The translations under genes and the position numbers were made by a program. This document shows, one piece after another, positions 35,871 to 48,160 of a stretch of DNA of 57,725 bases. The DNA is from Octopus bimaculoides. Taxonomy: Eukaryota. The stretch is from assembly GCF_001194135.2 (NCBI RefSeq), contig NC_068983.1, forward strand, positions 28,643,373 to 28,701,097. Direction: 5' to 3'. The notes under the pieces are model-generated. The model was not told the origin of the DNA, searched no databases, and saw only the letters and a list, made by a program, of their open reading frames with translations. Position 1 is the first letter of the stretch. Each line of letters starts with the position of its first letter.

Positions 35871-36686
35871 TAGATTCCCCACCTTAATGACCCAGCTTGG
35901 CATTCAAAACGAAAACTGCTAAGAAGTATAAATCCCAAATGATCACAGAGTCTCTTTTGAACAAGCAATAAATAACAACTCAACTATGGAACACTAAAAC
36001 TAAAAGTGGCAACATTGTCAATGACCATGTGCAATCAATAAAACAAAGAATTCTCACGGGAATAGCAATATTTGTTTACACACAAGAGCTGTCTCTCTGA
36101 AATAACATCTTGTAGAATCAGAGATGCATGTACAAGAGAAAATATCTATTGTAAATCTTCTTGCTGCAAAGTGAACCATGTAAGTAAGAGATTTGGAAGA
36201 AAATCATAGAGTGTAAACAGCATTTTCATTGAAAATGCATAATGCTCCTTTTCAAGATCATGAAAGATTCTAAATAAGATGTACTGACAGTAGAGAAGGG
36301 TTTTAACTGTAACTTATGGCCAAATATCTGGGGAAAACATATTGAAATTTCATTTGCTAATACAATGTGAAGACAAAAGTCATGTTTCACTATTTTTACA
36401 CCGAAACTACAAGGCCAACAGATGTCTTTGATTTTATTGACCTTTATAGACTTGTAGCAAATAAGAATACACACACACATCTATCTATCTATCTATCTAT
36501 CTATCTATATATATNNNNNNNNNNNNNNNNNNNNNNNNNNNNNNNNNNNNNNNNNNNNNNNNNNNNNNNNNNNNNNNNNNNNNNNNNNNNNNNNNNNNNN
36601 NNNNNNNNNNNNNNNNNNNNNNNNNNNNNNNNNNNNNNNNNNNNNNNNNNNNNNNNNNNNNNNNNNNNNNNNNNNNNNNNNNNNNN

Positions 36687-36856
36687 CGGTCTCAAAGCGA
36701 TGAAAATATTTTGGCAAATTAAATTTAAATGTTGAAGTGAATCTAACGGATTTTGTGTGTTTCTTAAATGGCTTATAAACACCTTTTACGCTGCAATTGT
36801 TTTCATTCCAGCACATGATCTCAGATCAGGTCGCTTGCTATGCAAGTACATCTCGC
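36687..36856. mobile_element. End of an unclassified element between (TA)n tracts
   Basis: CpG-containing complex sequence ending abruptly at ...ACATCTCGC-(TA)n. The other end is lost in an N gap that follows (TA)n. Confidence 0.35.
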
Positions 36857-37689
36857 TATATATATATATATATATATATAATAAATGATGAATACTCTAG
36901 CTGGTATTATATTTATTCCACATTTACAATTGTATCAACAATGTGTGGGTTACAAGTCAATATCCTGAATGTAGACTTGAACGAGCGCAATGATATAGTC
37001 ATGTCTCATGTCCACTATGTAATATATATTATATGATAGTCTCCACAGTCATTTAAACATAACTGAACGTATGAATATATTACAAAAACTGGTTATTTCA
37101 CTTAAATAGACTGAAATCATGTGAAAAATTTTTTTCGTTTGGTAATCATAAAAATAAATAAGAAGTTTTGTGCAGATATGTTCCAGAATAATTGTCACTC
37201 ATGACAGAAGAGGTACCATTATTCTTTGGTTACTTAAAGAACTTTAAATCAATTTATTTTATATAGTGGTAATTTATCAGGCTATAACATTAACAGTTCT
37301 CCTGATTTACATTTAATATATTAAATCAATCACATAGTAAATTATGTAATTATTATTCATATAGAACAAAGCATAAATCAATATACTTGAAAGAGGTACA
37401 GTTATTTTTTGAAAACATTTAGCTGTAGAAATTGAAATAATGTGAAACCATTTTACTGTTGTCTCAAGTAAACAGAAAAATAGTTGGGAATATCTTTACA
37501 GAATTCTTTCAATGTTATTAGGGTACCTGAAGCAGACCTGTGAGAAGATCACCAATTATTTTTCTGTTTAGTTAAAAGAATAATAGGATGTTTTTACATT
37601 ATTACAATCTTCACAGGTAAAGGCTTTCAAATAGATAGCTTTAAAGTTATCTACATTATACATGTTTCAAGTATTCTGGATTACACTGT

Positions 37690-37690
37690 G

Positions 37691-37721
<31 letters not shown>

Positions 37722-37900
37722 TATATGCATACATGCATGTATGCATGCACGTATGTATGTATGTATGTATGTATGTATGCATGTATGTATGCATGTGTGT
37801 ATGCATGTATGTATGTATGAATATATGCATGCATGTATGTATATCTATGTATGTATACATGTATCCATGTGTGTGCACATGCATATGCATGCATATATCT
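37690..37900. repeat. (ATGT)/(ATGC) degenerate tetranucleotide tract
   Basis: Directly visible. Confidence 0.95.
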
Positions 37901-38619
37901 TTCACCAATATACGTCAGTAATGCATATAATTATCACTGAGAGAGAAAAAAAAGTCAGTGCTTTATGAAAACCTGTGAGATAATTGTTCTGCACTGAATT
38001 AGAGTCTCCCGTGTCACTCCCACCTGCAGAAATGTAATGAACTAGTGACTGGTCTATGTAATCAACAATGCCATTATCCACAAATCACAAGGTAAAAGCA
38101 AGAAAGAAAGAAAAAAGGAAGACCTGCAACAGACAGACATGCGGGCAGACTGACAGTCAGACAAATAGATAGATAGAGTTAGTTATAAGTAGCTTCTGTA
38201 TAATTAAAATATATCGTAGAATATGTATAGATATGCTCTGAAGTTTGTTGTTTCTAACTTAATGTAATTCAATGCATTTTTAATACATATACTGTGTATC
38301 AGCACTTGAAAATATTTAAGTGGGCTCTCTTTCAGCAGAAATATATATATATTGATGCCAGTGAAAGAAAATTTTAAAAACCAGAAATTTCAGAAAATAA
38401 TAATCTCATCAGATTTTTTTTCAGAAACAATGAATTACATTAGCAAAAAGCGTCACAGCAAACAAATGAGAGAAGTAACTCAACTTGCAAAAACTGCAGC
38501 CAATCTCCTTCAGTCCACACACACTACCATTAAAAAATGTAGGAATGTATTAGATAATGCTGTGTTAGATACATTATGACTAAAAATGAGATGAGATAAT
38601 AAGGATGATAGATTTTCTA

Positions 38620-38746
38620 CAGGGTGTCCACAAAGTCTGGGTACATGGGGATTAACACATACTTTAAGAAATTATTATTTCTTATATTTAATTGTTTATG
38701 TTATGATTTTATTTACTTCATGTAGCCAGACTTTGTGGACACCCTG
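38620..38746. mobile_element. 127-bp Tc1/mariner-type MITE
   Basis: Perfect 21-bp TIRs CAGGGTGTCCACAAAGTCTGG / CCAGACTTTGTGGACACCCTG, TA on both sides, AT-rich centre. Confidence 0.93.
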
Positions 38747-38945
38747 TAGATTAGTGTTGATCTGAATTTGAATCAGTGCTGTCTTAAAACATCAACACAC
38801 TGGACAGTTGCCCACGTGCCTCATGAGTCTAAGGGCCCAATTTTGACCTATATATGCTGTAGCTTGCCAGTAGATAAATACTATAGGTCACATGCTTTGA
38901 TTTACCCAGGGGCCTATAATGCTGCTATGGTGGCACTGGTTTAAG

Positions 38946-38976
<31 letters not shown>

Positions 38977-39184
38977 GACAACTGCATCAACAACAGTACT
39001 TGAAATTAGCTATAGTCATGACTCGGTAGTGAGAATAACTTAGCAGCAAGTATCATGCTTTTGTTAATTACATCAGGGGTCTATGTAGTTGCAAGTAGAA
39101 ATATACCACCTCTCAGCCTTCCACCCTTTTCCCAATGGAAGATCAAGGATGTAACAGCTGAAGAGATAGGGGGATGCATCAGCA

Positions 39185-39335
39185 CTAAACTGGTACTAAT
39201 TTCAGCTGAGTAAACTGAAGCAAAAAGGAAACAAAGTGCTTACAGCAAGGATATAATGTGTTGCCTGGTCCTGGGAACGAAACCCACAACCTTGATCTCA
39301 ATATTCTAAGCACAAAACCACAAGCCTTCACACAA
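39185..39335 (-). mobile_element. Old CORE-SINE 5' part
   Basis: Reverse complement has the B box GGTTTCGTTCCC followed by the CORE-like CCTTGCTGTAAGCACTTT...CAGTTTACTCAGCTGAAAT. Confidence 0.6.
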
Positions 39336-40095
39336 TAACAAGTAATACATAAGGCTAGTTTAAACAATAACTGAAACATATCGACACAAAACTACACCTA
39401 TCTAATTACAAGACAACTACTAAATATATCCAGAAGAACTGGTCAAATAAGATTTTAGAGCAAGATCCTAAAGAGTCTATCAGAATGATATTATATTCTA
39501 TAATATCACCCAAGTGCTACTGAACAACTCTGTCAAAAAGATATTCAAGAAGAATATCTTTAGTGACACAAGAAATATATTTCTTATTAGCAGAAAAAGG
39601 ATACAAGAATTTACAAAGAAAGTAGTCTCTTTTGGACAATCAGCTACTAAATCACCTCATATTTCGAAACATAGTCTTAGCAAATGGCTCCAAAGTATTT
39701 TATGACCGAGAGAGAGGAAGAAGCTTCTAAACTCCCAAGATGTAACCAGAAATGTTTATGGAATCAAGTTTGTGTTGTGGGCTTAATCTGAATATTCATC
39801 ATTTGTGCTTAATGCCAAGTGATTACATTATATAATGGTATAACAGAATAGTTACAAAGATTACTCAGAGGAAATTGTCAAAAACATCAATGATACTCAA
39901 TGTAACCATAAATCTTAACTAAATGAATATTACAATTTGAAACTCCAACAAACTGCAAGTGTTGAAACTTCTCGATAAATATAAATGCGGTGGCTCTCAA
40001 ACTGCTGAGAATAACAGCCATGAAAGACTCAGTTAACATATTAATGCCTTGAAAAATAGAAGGACACACTGGATTATGATATCCTAGATGCATTA

Positions 40096-40481
40096 GACAG
40101 ATGGCACTCCATCGCTTACGACGTCGAGGGTTCCAGTTGATCTGATCAATGGAACAGCCTGCTCGTGAAATTAACGTGCAAGTGGCTGAGCACTCCACAG
40201 ACACGTGTACCCTTAACGTAGTTCTCAGGGATATTCAGCGTGACACAGTGTGACAAGGCTAACCCTTTGAATTACAGGCACAACAGAAACAGGAAGTAAG
40301 AGTGAGAGAAAGTTGTGATGAAAGCGTACAGCAGGGTTCGCCACCATCCCCTGCCGGAGCCTCGTGGAGCTTTCGGTGTTTTCGCTCAATAAACACTCTC
40401 AACGCCCAGTCTAGGAATCGAAACCGTGATCCTACGACCGCACGTCCGCTGCCCTAGCCACTGGGCTATTGCACCGCCACA
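40096..40481 (-). mobile_element. SINE family B with a 13-bp TSD
   Basis: Reverse complement of 2761-3149. TSD CCTAGA(T/A)GCATTA at 40083 and 40482, one mismatch. Confidence 0.93.
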
Positions 40482-40619
40482 CCTAGAAGCATTATATAAG
40501 AGCAAAAAGGAAAATGCGTTAGTTCCAGTTAGAATGTCTTTGATCATGGTTGGCTCTGTCAGGGCAGTCTTCTGACAAAAAAAAAAAAATAATCACATTT
40601 ATATAATACAACAAAAATA

Positions 40620-41170
40620 TTCATGGAAGGTTGAATATCTTCTGGGACTTCGAAGTTAATTTAGCATAGAACAAAATCTTAGTAAATAGAAAAACAGACA
40701 AATTTCTACTTCCATCAGGGGACCCTGCTCAATATGCAAAGAAGTCAGTAGAAATTCCATACAATGTACCCAATGCAAACTATGGACAGATAAGAAATGT
40801 GGTAACGCAGGCAGGTTAACAATGGAAGTGGACTTTGTATGTGACAGATGTTAAGGAGCAATAAATACTAAGAACACACAGGAAATAGACTTATCCAGGG
40901 GGATCGCAATAGGTAATAGTTAGCTTCGGTTACTTAGGTGACCTAATTAGGAGTAGAGGAAGATATTGTAAAAGTATAGTCACTAGAATAAGAAAAGGCT
41001 AGAGAAAGTTCAGAGAGCTTTTACCTCTGATGGTAACAAAAGGTTTCTCTCTTACAGTGAAAGACAGAATGTATGGTGCTTGTGTACAAACTGCAGTTCT
41101 AGATGGCAGAGAGGTGTGGGCTCCAAATGCATAAGAATTGAAAAGACTAGAAAGAAGTTAGTATGCTTTA
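40620..41170 (+). pseudogene. Old RTE LINE RT fragment including the PHD-like insert
   Basis: Frameshifted GLR-VNLA*NKILV ... PCSICKEVSRNSIQCTQCKLWTDKKC ... FVCDRC ... FGYLG ... KFRELLPLMVTKGFSL. Confidence 0.85.
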
Positions 41171-41359
41171 TTGGGTGTGCGTGAGAATCATGCCTGACTT
41201 GCAGGGACACTGTATTTTGTTATGCAACTGTAATATATTACAAAGTATAATTAATAAACATGTGTGAAATTTGACTGGTGACTGCTGTTGATGCAATCTA
41301 CTGTTGTTTCCAGGGTAAAAGGAGTAGAGAAAGAAAGTTAGCTATGAAATAAAGGAAAA

Positions 41360-41640
41360 GGAAAAATTTCTGCTTCCATCAGGAGACCCTACTCAATATG
41401 CAATAAATTAATAAGCATGCCTGAATGACAAAGTATACATGTGTCAAAAGAAAAACTGTGCATAGAAAAAAATCAGATGTAGTGTGCAAAAGAGGGAAGA
41501 TAGTGCTGGTATAAATATGTGATGTGTATGGATGAGATGAGAATAGCTGTAAAAAGGAGTATTGATATAAATGGTGCTTGTGGAAGAAGGAGACCCAGGA
41601 AGACATAGGACAAAGTAATAAAGACTGATCACAAGAATTT
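41360..41640 (+). pseudogene. Third, internally deleted RTE relic
   Basis: TTCCATCAGGAGACCCTACTCAATATGCAA (start of the PHD region) is joined to decayed C-terminal sequence (GACGRRRPRKT*DKV). Confidence 0.65.
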
Positions 41641-42308
41641 GAACATCAAATATCCATAATCATTAATGTAATTGAGTACACCATCATAAATATTTATTTA
41701 AAGTTTTAAGTGAAATTATAACATTAGAGATACTATGGTGTAATTATCCAGTATAGAGAATTATGTAATATATCATGGGGTATTATATCTAGATTTAAAT
41801 CACCTTGCTGTGATAACAATTTGCATTAGCTCAAATTTTGCTTCATCATATAAGCAAAACATTAAAACAATGCTAAAATATATTACAGAAAATATTAAGG
41901 TAAATCCATTATTCAGTTAATTCATGCATGTTTACGTATGTCTTCCAAGTCATAAGTAATTTCTTTCAATAATTTCAACTTGATAAGCAAGCAAGTAAAA
42001 AAAAAAAAAAAAAAAATTTGAATATGATATAGCACAACTTTCAGTTTCATATCATTCCATATATTGATCAACATTCAAATATAAAAAAGTATTGCTCAGA
42101 TTTCTTAATTAGCCATCATAACATACAAGATATTCAAAAACTGTTTTACCAGAGGACATTAACATCTAACAGTTGTTAATTTAACGGAGACTAGTAACCT
42201 CATTAGAAGCCATTTCTCAGACAAACAAATGTGCTACACTCAAGTAATGAGTCTTGTTATCAATACAAAAATACATTGATGAAAATACAGAAAGTTATCT
42301 CTAAATAT

Positions 42309-42343
<35 letters not shown>

Positions 42344-42834
42344 TACACACACATACGCTTACATATATTCGTATATATGTTTATATATATTTTGCTAAGA
42401 TATGAAAAGAAGAAACAAAGCCTAATTTAAAAGTCTTTGAAGCTAAGAATGAGGAAGTAAATATCAAAACCATCTACAACTTAGTGAAGAAAATATTTTC
42501 AGAGAGTAAGATAAAATAAGAATGAAATTAATTAACTAAATTTTAAAAAATAGTACTTCACTTTTTTAATGTTTGCTTGAAGAATTTTGTTTAATTTTCA
42601 CAACATACTTCATTACACAAATATAATATTGATAGGGTGACTAACAATTTTGAATTTTTTTATGCAAAAAGATAACAGAAAGAAGAAAAAGGGATGGTAT
42701 TAAACAAAAAGGAAGTGATAAATACCGTTGTATTAGATATAACACTTTCTCTTCAATTTTCAAGAATTAGTGATACAAAAATAAGAATACATGATACACA
42801 TACAAACATATAGTTACATATGCACATGTGGTTA

Positions 42835-43000
42835 TAGGTGCATGCATAGCTATAGGAGTAAGATGTTTGTTTTCCAACCATATGGTCTTGGGTTCAGTTC
42901 CTCTGCAAGGCCCCTTGGGCAAGTGGTTTCTATTATAGCTCTGGGCCAACCAAAGTGTTGTGAGTGAATTTGGCAGACAGAAACTGAAAGAAGCTTGTCG
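42835..43000 (+). mobile_element. Old SINE family A 5' half
   Basis: GGGTTCAGTTCC ... CCTTGGGCAAGTG ... GACAGAAACTGAAAGAAGC. Confidence 0.75.
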
Positions 43001-43160
43001 TGTCATATATGTTATGTATGTATGTGTATATGTGCAGGTGTGTGTGTATTCCACATATATTGTTCAGCTGCATACTAAGTAGAAGATACCTGCCTAAGGC
43101 TATATGGTGGTATGGAATGCATAGTTATAAACTGAACTCCATATCCAGACAAGCATGCCT

Positions 43161-43236
<76 letters not shown>

Positions 43237-43424
43237 AATTTCATTCCTGTCTGTTGCATTACTAAACGACACTGTTATATTTCATGGCTTTCTTTCTCTA
43301 ATAAATAGTTTTATACCACCTCTAACACCTAATTAATGGACTTTACACGTTCATCATTTAAAAGCTATAAGCTCTTTGCCTAGAGGCAATGAACTATATA
43401 ATAGTGACATTTTCATATACCAAG

Positions 43425-43493
43425 CAAGATAATACTAATAATAATAAAATTAATAACAAAAATAATAATAGTAATAATAATAATAATAATAAA

Positions 43494-43533
<40 letters not shown>

Positions 43534-43535
43534 TC
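43425..43535. repeat. (AAT)n tract
   Basis: Directly visible. Confidence 0.95.
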
Positions 43536-44254
43536 ATTAGGTTAAGATCATGTAACTACGAAAGCAAATATCCAGCCATTACAGCAATTGGAATCGGTGA
43601 GATGAATAACATGCTTCAATTTGAGTGTTAAAGGGCTTAAGAATATGAAGGAAGGTGTTGAAGAAACTTTAGAAGGTAGTGTTAATCTCTTGTAAAATTG
43701 TTGAACATATAAATAAGTGTAAAGCTATATGAGTAGATATGGGGATTAACACCTTGCAATCTTTTAGCTTAAATTTATTCCTTAATCCTGATGACTAGTT
43801 CAAGCTATCTCTTGTAATTCTCATAAGCAATGAGAATCCAACTAATATCTGATATCTGCACATATCACATCACATTCCTTGAATGGTAAATGCTTCAATT
43901 ATAAATAATCAATACTGCATGTGTGTGGGGGGGGGGCGTGTGTGCATTAGTGTATGTGTGTATTATATATATATATATATGTAAATCTCTGTTGATTCAC
44001 TAGGAGTGATAAATTACAGAACTCAATACAAATGTAGAGTATTCTTTAATACACTATAACTGGAAGGTTCCAATTTCCAGTACTTTTCATTTCATATTTC
44101 AAAAGATATTCAGACAGCAAATATCCAAACGAAACTAAGGCTGGCTCAGTTTACCATTGGAGTACGGGAAATCAGAGCCCTTCAGTTATATAGATACATG
44201 CGCGTATGTGTGTGTCATTTGTAGAAATACAAAAATCCAGAGGAGAAGCACACA

Positions 44255-45895
44255 TTTTCATAGTCCTCCAGGAAATAACACAGGAATTCAAGACAGGATG
44301 CTCCTGGGAGCTCCTCTATGCTGATGACCTTGTGCTAATTGCTGAGTCACTATCAGAACTAGAGGAGAAGTTTCAGGTGTGGAAGCAAGGACTAGAATCG
44401 AAGGGCCTTAGAGTCAACCTAGCTAAAACCAAAATCCTAATAAGTAGGAAGGTAGACAAAACACAAACCCCTTCAGGTAGATGGCCTTGCTCGATCTGTA
44501 GAAAAGGCATAGGTAGAAACTCCATAAGATGTACCCAGTGTAAGCTATGGACACATAAGAGGTGCAGCAATATCAAAGGCAGGTTAACTAGGAAGTTAGT
44601 TTTTGTATGTGTCAGATGTTCAGGAGCAATAAACACTGAAAATGTGCAGAAAACAACTTCTGCCACATTCCAGGGAGAAAAACTAGACGTAGTTGATAGC
44701 TTCCGCTATCTAGGTAACCAAGTTAGTAGTGGGGGATGGTGCGCTGAAAGTGTAGCTGCTAGAATAAGAATAGCTTGGGTAAAGTTCAGAGAGCTCTTAA
44801 CTCTGTTGGTGACAAAGCGCCTCTCACTCAGAGTAAAAGGCAGACTGTATGATGCATGTGTATGAACAGCCATGCTACATGGCAGTGAAACATAGGCCAT
44901 GACTGCTGAGGACATGCCTAAGCTCACAAGGAACGAAGCCAGTATGCTCCGATGGATGTGTAAGTACCTTGAGAGAAAAGTTGAACCTAAGAAGCTTCAG
45001 TTGTGGTGTGCATGGTCATGTGGCAAGAATGGATGAGGATAGCTGTGTGAAAAAGTGCCACACCCTAGCAGTTGAGGGAACCTGTGGAAGAGGTAGACCC
45101 AGGAAGACCTGGGATGAGGTGGTGAGGCACGACCTTCGAACATTAGGCCTCACTGAGGCAATGACTTCTGACCGAGACTTTTGGAAATAAGCTGTGCATG
45201 AGAAAACCCGGCAAGCCAAGTGAGATCATAATGCAAGGCCTCTGCCAGGGGTGTAGCCAACCCACTTATGCGTACCTTTCCTTCGTTGGACACTAAACTC
45301 CACTTATGAAGACCTGTTGAGGCAAGTGAAATTGAAATCGAACTAAATTTGACGACTGGCACATATGCCAACGTCTCCTTCATTGGACACTAAACTCTGC
45401 TTGCGAAGACCTGTTGGGATAAGTGAAAGCAAAATCATGATGGTACCTGTACCAGTGGAGTGCTAACAGCACCGTCCGAGCATGATCGTTGCCAGAGCAG
45501 CTGTCTGGCTTCCATGCCAGTGGCCTGTAAATAGCACCATCTGAGCGTGATCATTACCAGCGTCGCCTTCCTGGCACTTGTGCTGGTGGCACGTGAAAAG
45601 ACATTTGAGTAAGGTCGTTGCTAGTGCCGCTAGACTGGATCCCATCCAGGTGGCACATTAAATACACCATTTTGAAAGTGGCCATTGCCAGTACCACCTG
45701 ACTGCCCTTCATGCCGGTGGCACGTAAAAGCACCCACTACACTCTTGGAGTGGTTGGCGTTAGGAAGGGCATCCAGCTGTAGAAATTCTGCCAAATCAAA
45801 TTGGAGCCTGGTGTAGCCATCTGGTTCACCAGTCCTCAGTCAAATCGTTCAACCCATGCTAGCATGGAAAGCGGATGTTAAGTGATGATGATGAT
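44255..45895 (+). mobile_element. 5'-truncated RTE-clade non-LTR retrotransposon (RT C-half, 3' UTR, (GAT)n tail), inactive
   Basis: WELLYADDLVL (YADD at 44317-44328), GLRVNLAKTK, FRYLG, GHVARM and GRGRPRKTWDEVV motifs. In-frame stops at 44863 (TGA) and ~44892 (TAG) plus two short deletions near 44960-45010. 3' end ...AGCATGGAAAGCGGATGTTAAG(TGA)n. Confidence 0.95.
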
Positions 45896-46189
45896 CACAG
45901 TAATATCGCAGTACTAGATAACACTTAAAACATTTTCTCGTTCTCTAGATTTAAAATAATTTAAAATTCAGTAACTCTTTATGTATTCTACTTCATTGTT
46001 AGCCACCTGCATTCCAAATCCATCAGCTACATTATCATAAATCAAATCTCCCTTTGAATTTTAGTTAAACTACATACATCATACTTTCTGCCAGATAAAA
46101 AGAAAGAAAAACAGGTAAAACATAAATCATTAATTTTCTTGCCTCAATCAAATTAGTCAAGAGATTAATGCAATCCATTTCTGTAAAAA

Positions 46190-46790
46190 ACAATTGGTGG
46201 TAATGGGAATAAAAGAAGAGAAGATGGTGACATTGATTCCACCACTACTATGAAAAATGATGACAATCTTGATGACAACAATGACAATGACATCAATGGC
46301 AATGTTGTGGATGATGACAATGTTGTTATTATTACTGTCATCCGCAACTATAGCAATGACAGAGCTGATGAAAATAACATCAATGATGGTGGTGATTGCA
46401 ACAATAATCCTGATGACAACAAGAACCGTGATGACAGCAATGAGGGTGATGATGATGATAGTGATGATGGCAATGATAATGATGATGAAAACAATGATAA
46501 TGATCATTGCTATGACAACAAGTGTGGTGATAATGATGATGACAATGATGACGATAATGATAATCATCAAAACAACAATGATGACGATAATGATGATCAA
46601 ACTGATGATGATGATGGTGACAATGATCATCATCATCATCATCACCATGACAACAAAAATTATCGTAATAATTATGACGACGATGATGAAAATGATAATG
46701 ATCAATGATGATGATAATGATGATGATGATGATGATGAAAATGTTGATGATGACAATGATGATGATGATAATGTTGATGACGATGACTAC
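46190..46790. repeat. ~600-bp cryptically simple (GAT/AAT/GAC) trinucleotide tract
   Basis: Degenerate triplet periodicity, giving low-complexity D/N-, M- and I-rich translations. Confidence 0.85.
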
Positions 46791-47302
46791 GAACCAGCTC
46801 TAACATTTGTAATTCAACAACCATACATCCAAATTTACTGAATAGAGGCCTATGAAAAGGTGAATACTAAAACCATTTCAGTTGAGACATAATATTCAAG
46901 TATAGTTTTCCTGTTGTAATAAGTCTGGAAAGAATCTAATAGGAACCGGATTCACTTGCCTCATAGTAACATTGATTTGTCATCTTTGCAAGTGTAATAT
47001 AAAGTAATGCATTTGTCAAATTTCACTGCAAACAAAAGAAGTAGACACAATATGTTTTATTTGATGATGTAATTTAATAGAAACATCACTTGTAAATTCA
47101 CCATCCAGGAATAAAATCTCAATTAACCTAGTCATGCAGTCCATTGAAATTTTATTTATTACATTTACACATGTATGCATGTGTGAGTATAGTTATATAT
47201 GCATCTGTTTTCATATCTACACACCTTACACACAAGCATCATATATATACATATAGATGTATACAATCACACGGCCATACATACATACATGCATAAATAC
47301 AT

Positions 47303-47370
47303 GCTGAGACCCCCTTTGGTCATGACTGACCATGGGATTGCACCTAGGAAGTTACCCTCCCAGGCACAAG
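47303..47370 (-). mobile_element. 3' end fragment of the 28385-type SINE
   Basis: Reverse complement of ~28640-28708. Confidence 0.8.
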
Positions 47371-48160
47371 TAAAAGATAGAAAATAAGACAAAAAAAGGT
47401 GATAACTGAGCCAGTGGCCAGGGGCTCTCAGTAAACGATAATGAAACCATGAGCATTAAAATGAAAAAATGAAATAGAAATTAATGGTGCAATAGAAGCA
47501 TAGAAATAGCAACAGTAACAACGTTGATAAAATATGAATACATTAATTTCCATACTTTAAAAATTTTGGTTAAGTTATTCACTAATCTAACAGGAGTTCT
47601 GTGAATTAAGTGTTAATTTAAACAGTAGTTTCAAATGGTTGTAAATCGCTAGGTATTATCAATGAAGAGCTTAAGAGATTCTTTTATATTCTCATTATGT
47701 AAGTGTGATGTCAGACTGAGTAAATAAGTAACTGTTATTTTGTGAGGATTCAATGTTTTGAAGATGCAGTAAACAACATAATTAGATGCTGTAAGAAATA
47801 AACGCAAGAATGGGGGAAAAAAAACCCAGTTGTTTTTGAAAGTAGAATTTTTTAAACAAATAATCACCAAATTGGCAGCAGAGTAAAATATTAGCTCATA
47901 ACTCGAAATATGGTAATAACAAAGATGAATACAAATAGGTTATGACATTCACAATTGTTATCTAGGGAAACAAATTAAACATTGTTTTGTTTTATAGAAT
48001 GAAGAATAACTGTTATATATGCAAAGATAAGTTCATTAAATTATCTAAATTACATAAATTTGTAGTGGCATTTCATGGTTTGATTCAGGTTTAACATGTT
48101 ATGAATACCACAGTGACTTGCGACAATGTCTCATTATCGTTTACTACAAAGTTTGTACAT

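Noticed and set aside
38370-38430. Minus-strand CTGATGAG...GAAA resembling a hammerhead
   Set aside because: No stem II pairing, no stem III and no NUH triplet. The same applies to CTGACGA at ~3690 (minus) and CTGATGA at ~334.
38352-38579. 75-aa ORF with an internal TTTTTTTCAG acceptor
   Set aside because: No donor site, no recognisable domain, and the length is expected by chance.
39380-40080. Possible decayed LINE coding sequence
   Set aside because: Composition is suggestive, but I could not recover any diagnostic motif in any frame.
44206-44865. 219-aa ORF as a host gene or active retrotransposon
   Set aside because: It is a 5'-truncated RTE fragment: the start codon lies outside the homology, there is no endonuclease or RT N-half, and stops and deletions follow.
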